This document shows, piece after piece, positions 61,368-64,000 of a stretch of 64,000 nucleotides of DNA (position 1 is the stretch's first letter; each line of letters starts with the position of its first letter). Source of the DNA: Microbotryum violaceum (lineage: Eukaryota); assembly GCA_001244265.2 (NCBI GenBank), contig CDLV01000004.1, forward strand, positions 2,852,001 through 2,916,000. Direction: 5' to 3'. The notes under the pieces were generated by a model, which worked only from the letters and a program-made list of their open reading frames with translations, was not told the DNA's origin and did no database searches. The position numbers and the translations under genes are program-made.

Positions 61368-62611
61368 CAGTCAAACCTGAGAAAATTTATATCGCCCAAT
61401 CTTATACCTGGCAATTTTTTTGGACTTTTCAATCTCCCGACTTTTTTGGCTGACAGAACCTGTCCAATCTTATACCTTATAACTTATGGGTTTACAGGTC
61501 AAATTATAAGATAAGAGAGAGCCGGAAATGAGCGATTGATCAGGAATTGGCCTCTTTCTTGTTGACGAGCCGCCTGCTAGCCTGCTGGAAGAGTCCGAAA
61601 GGCCCCGAAACAGCCAAGAAGCGAGCACAGTAGAGCAAAGGCGGCGGTTGACACGATGACAGGCTAGTCGCGACGTGCTTCTCTCTCCTCTTCCGCCGAC
61701 AAGCTGAACATCTTCACAATCCGAGAAGCCCTCATCAGAAATTCCTCCTCATATCATCATGGTCTCATTCCCTTCCCGGAATTCAACTGCTGGCGCCACG
61801 CTCAAATCTTGTCTGATTGCAAGAACAAAGGATCGACCGACCATACACCTCTTCCCAACGGTCGCGGGCCTCTCGATGGCGATCGCGGCATCATCAACGC
61901 GATGAACGCTCTGAAGACGGCGAACAATGAGCTGGTCGAAAAGGGGATAGTTACGAGCAACGAGAAGATGAGTATCCTCTTTCTCGTCGATGTGGAGGAG
62001 AACCTTGCTGGTGGGGCTGAAATGACCGATCAGGAGATTGTGGACCTGGTTATTGCCGAAGAGTTGGAGGAGAATTGCGAGGGAGAACTTGAAGGGGGAG
62101 AGGAGGAAGCGGAGATAGAGCTCCGACGGGCGGAGCGAATGACGCTGAAGGAGGCAATCTCAGCGCTTGATGTTGTCCTTAGGTTTGCTATGAATGGGTA
62201 CTCAGGTCCAAAGGATTTGATTATTTTGAGGACGAGGCTAGGAGGATTCGCAGGACTCTTGTTGCCGAGCAGGATGCCGCGAGGATTCAGACGACAATGG
62301 CCCCGTATTTCCAGCTCAGTAGGTCAAAATATTTTTGCTTGGAGCTTTCAAAACTTGTTAGATGTCATCATGCCTCGGTAGAGGCCGTACATTGACTGCA
62401 ATTCAGCAATTCGGGCCTTCTGAATTTCCTCCCCTCAAAGGTCAATCGACTCAAACGATGCACGAAAATTCTTGATTTGATATAGGAAGCTCAAAAACGG
62501 AGTTTCAGGTCACAATGTAGTGATCTGAAGCCGAAGTCTCCAAACTTATACCTGTCTTAATTTATGGGAAAATCCGTCCACCGAAAATATAAATTTTCTC
62601 GGGTTTGACTG
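61368..62611 (+). mobile_element. Tc1/mariner pogo-like element, internally deleted
   Basis: 25-bp TIRs CAGTCAAACCyGAGAAAATTTATAT with TA on both sides. A residual acidic transposase C-terminus is present (MTDQEIVDLV..TLKEAISALDVVLRF). Confidence 0.9.
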
Positions 62612-62697
62612 TAGCTAGCTGGGACGCTGGACCGAGAGCTGCCTATGACGTCACGCCACGTGGTTGGTCTTTGTCTCAGGACGTTTTGTATTTTATA

Positions 62698-62758
62698 CTA
62701 GGTTCGGCGGCGCGCTCCGCGCGCCACCTCACACCGTAACCCCTGATCCGCCGCAATG
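62698..62758 (-). mobile_element. Helitron 3' terminus of the same family as 59114, interrupted by a MULE
   Basis: Plus strand reads CTAGGTTCGGC-GGCGCGC-TCC-GCGCGCC-ACCTCACAC, with A at 62697. Confidence 0.7.

Positions 62759-64000
<1,242 letters not shown>

Overview
This is intron-rich, GC-rich fungal DNA. The gene set and the TCG->TTG mutation pattern in its repeats suggest a basidiomycete, probably Pucciniomycotina (Microbotryum-like); this assignment is inferred. Host genes: an O-fucosyltransferase-family glycosyltransferase, two membrane proteins, an HSPA12-type HSP70, a PWWP-like + PHD-finger chromatin reader whose PHD lies in exons the ORF track misses, broken pepsin-like proteases, a Cid1-family terminal nucleotidyltransferase, and a Zn2Cys6 transcription factor. 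The transcription factor is split by a 10.3-kb Mutator-like element (9-bp TSD) that contains nested Copia, Gypsy and fold-back sequence. About 60% of the window is transposon-derived: a Helitron, a Helitron2-like relic, a young Copia with TSD, a chromodomain Gypsy, a pogo-like element and further MULE, LTR and Helitron ends. The most unusual item is a P-superfamily-like transposase fused to a Ulp1/SUMO-protease domain (1-3902). Two related 5' fragments and a fourth copy of its terminus occur elsewhere in the window. Two Helitron 3' ends share a hairpin whose loops are reverse complements. All motif assignments and alignments were made by eye, and exon boundaries are approximate unless stated.
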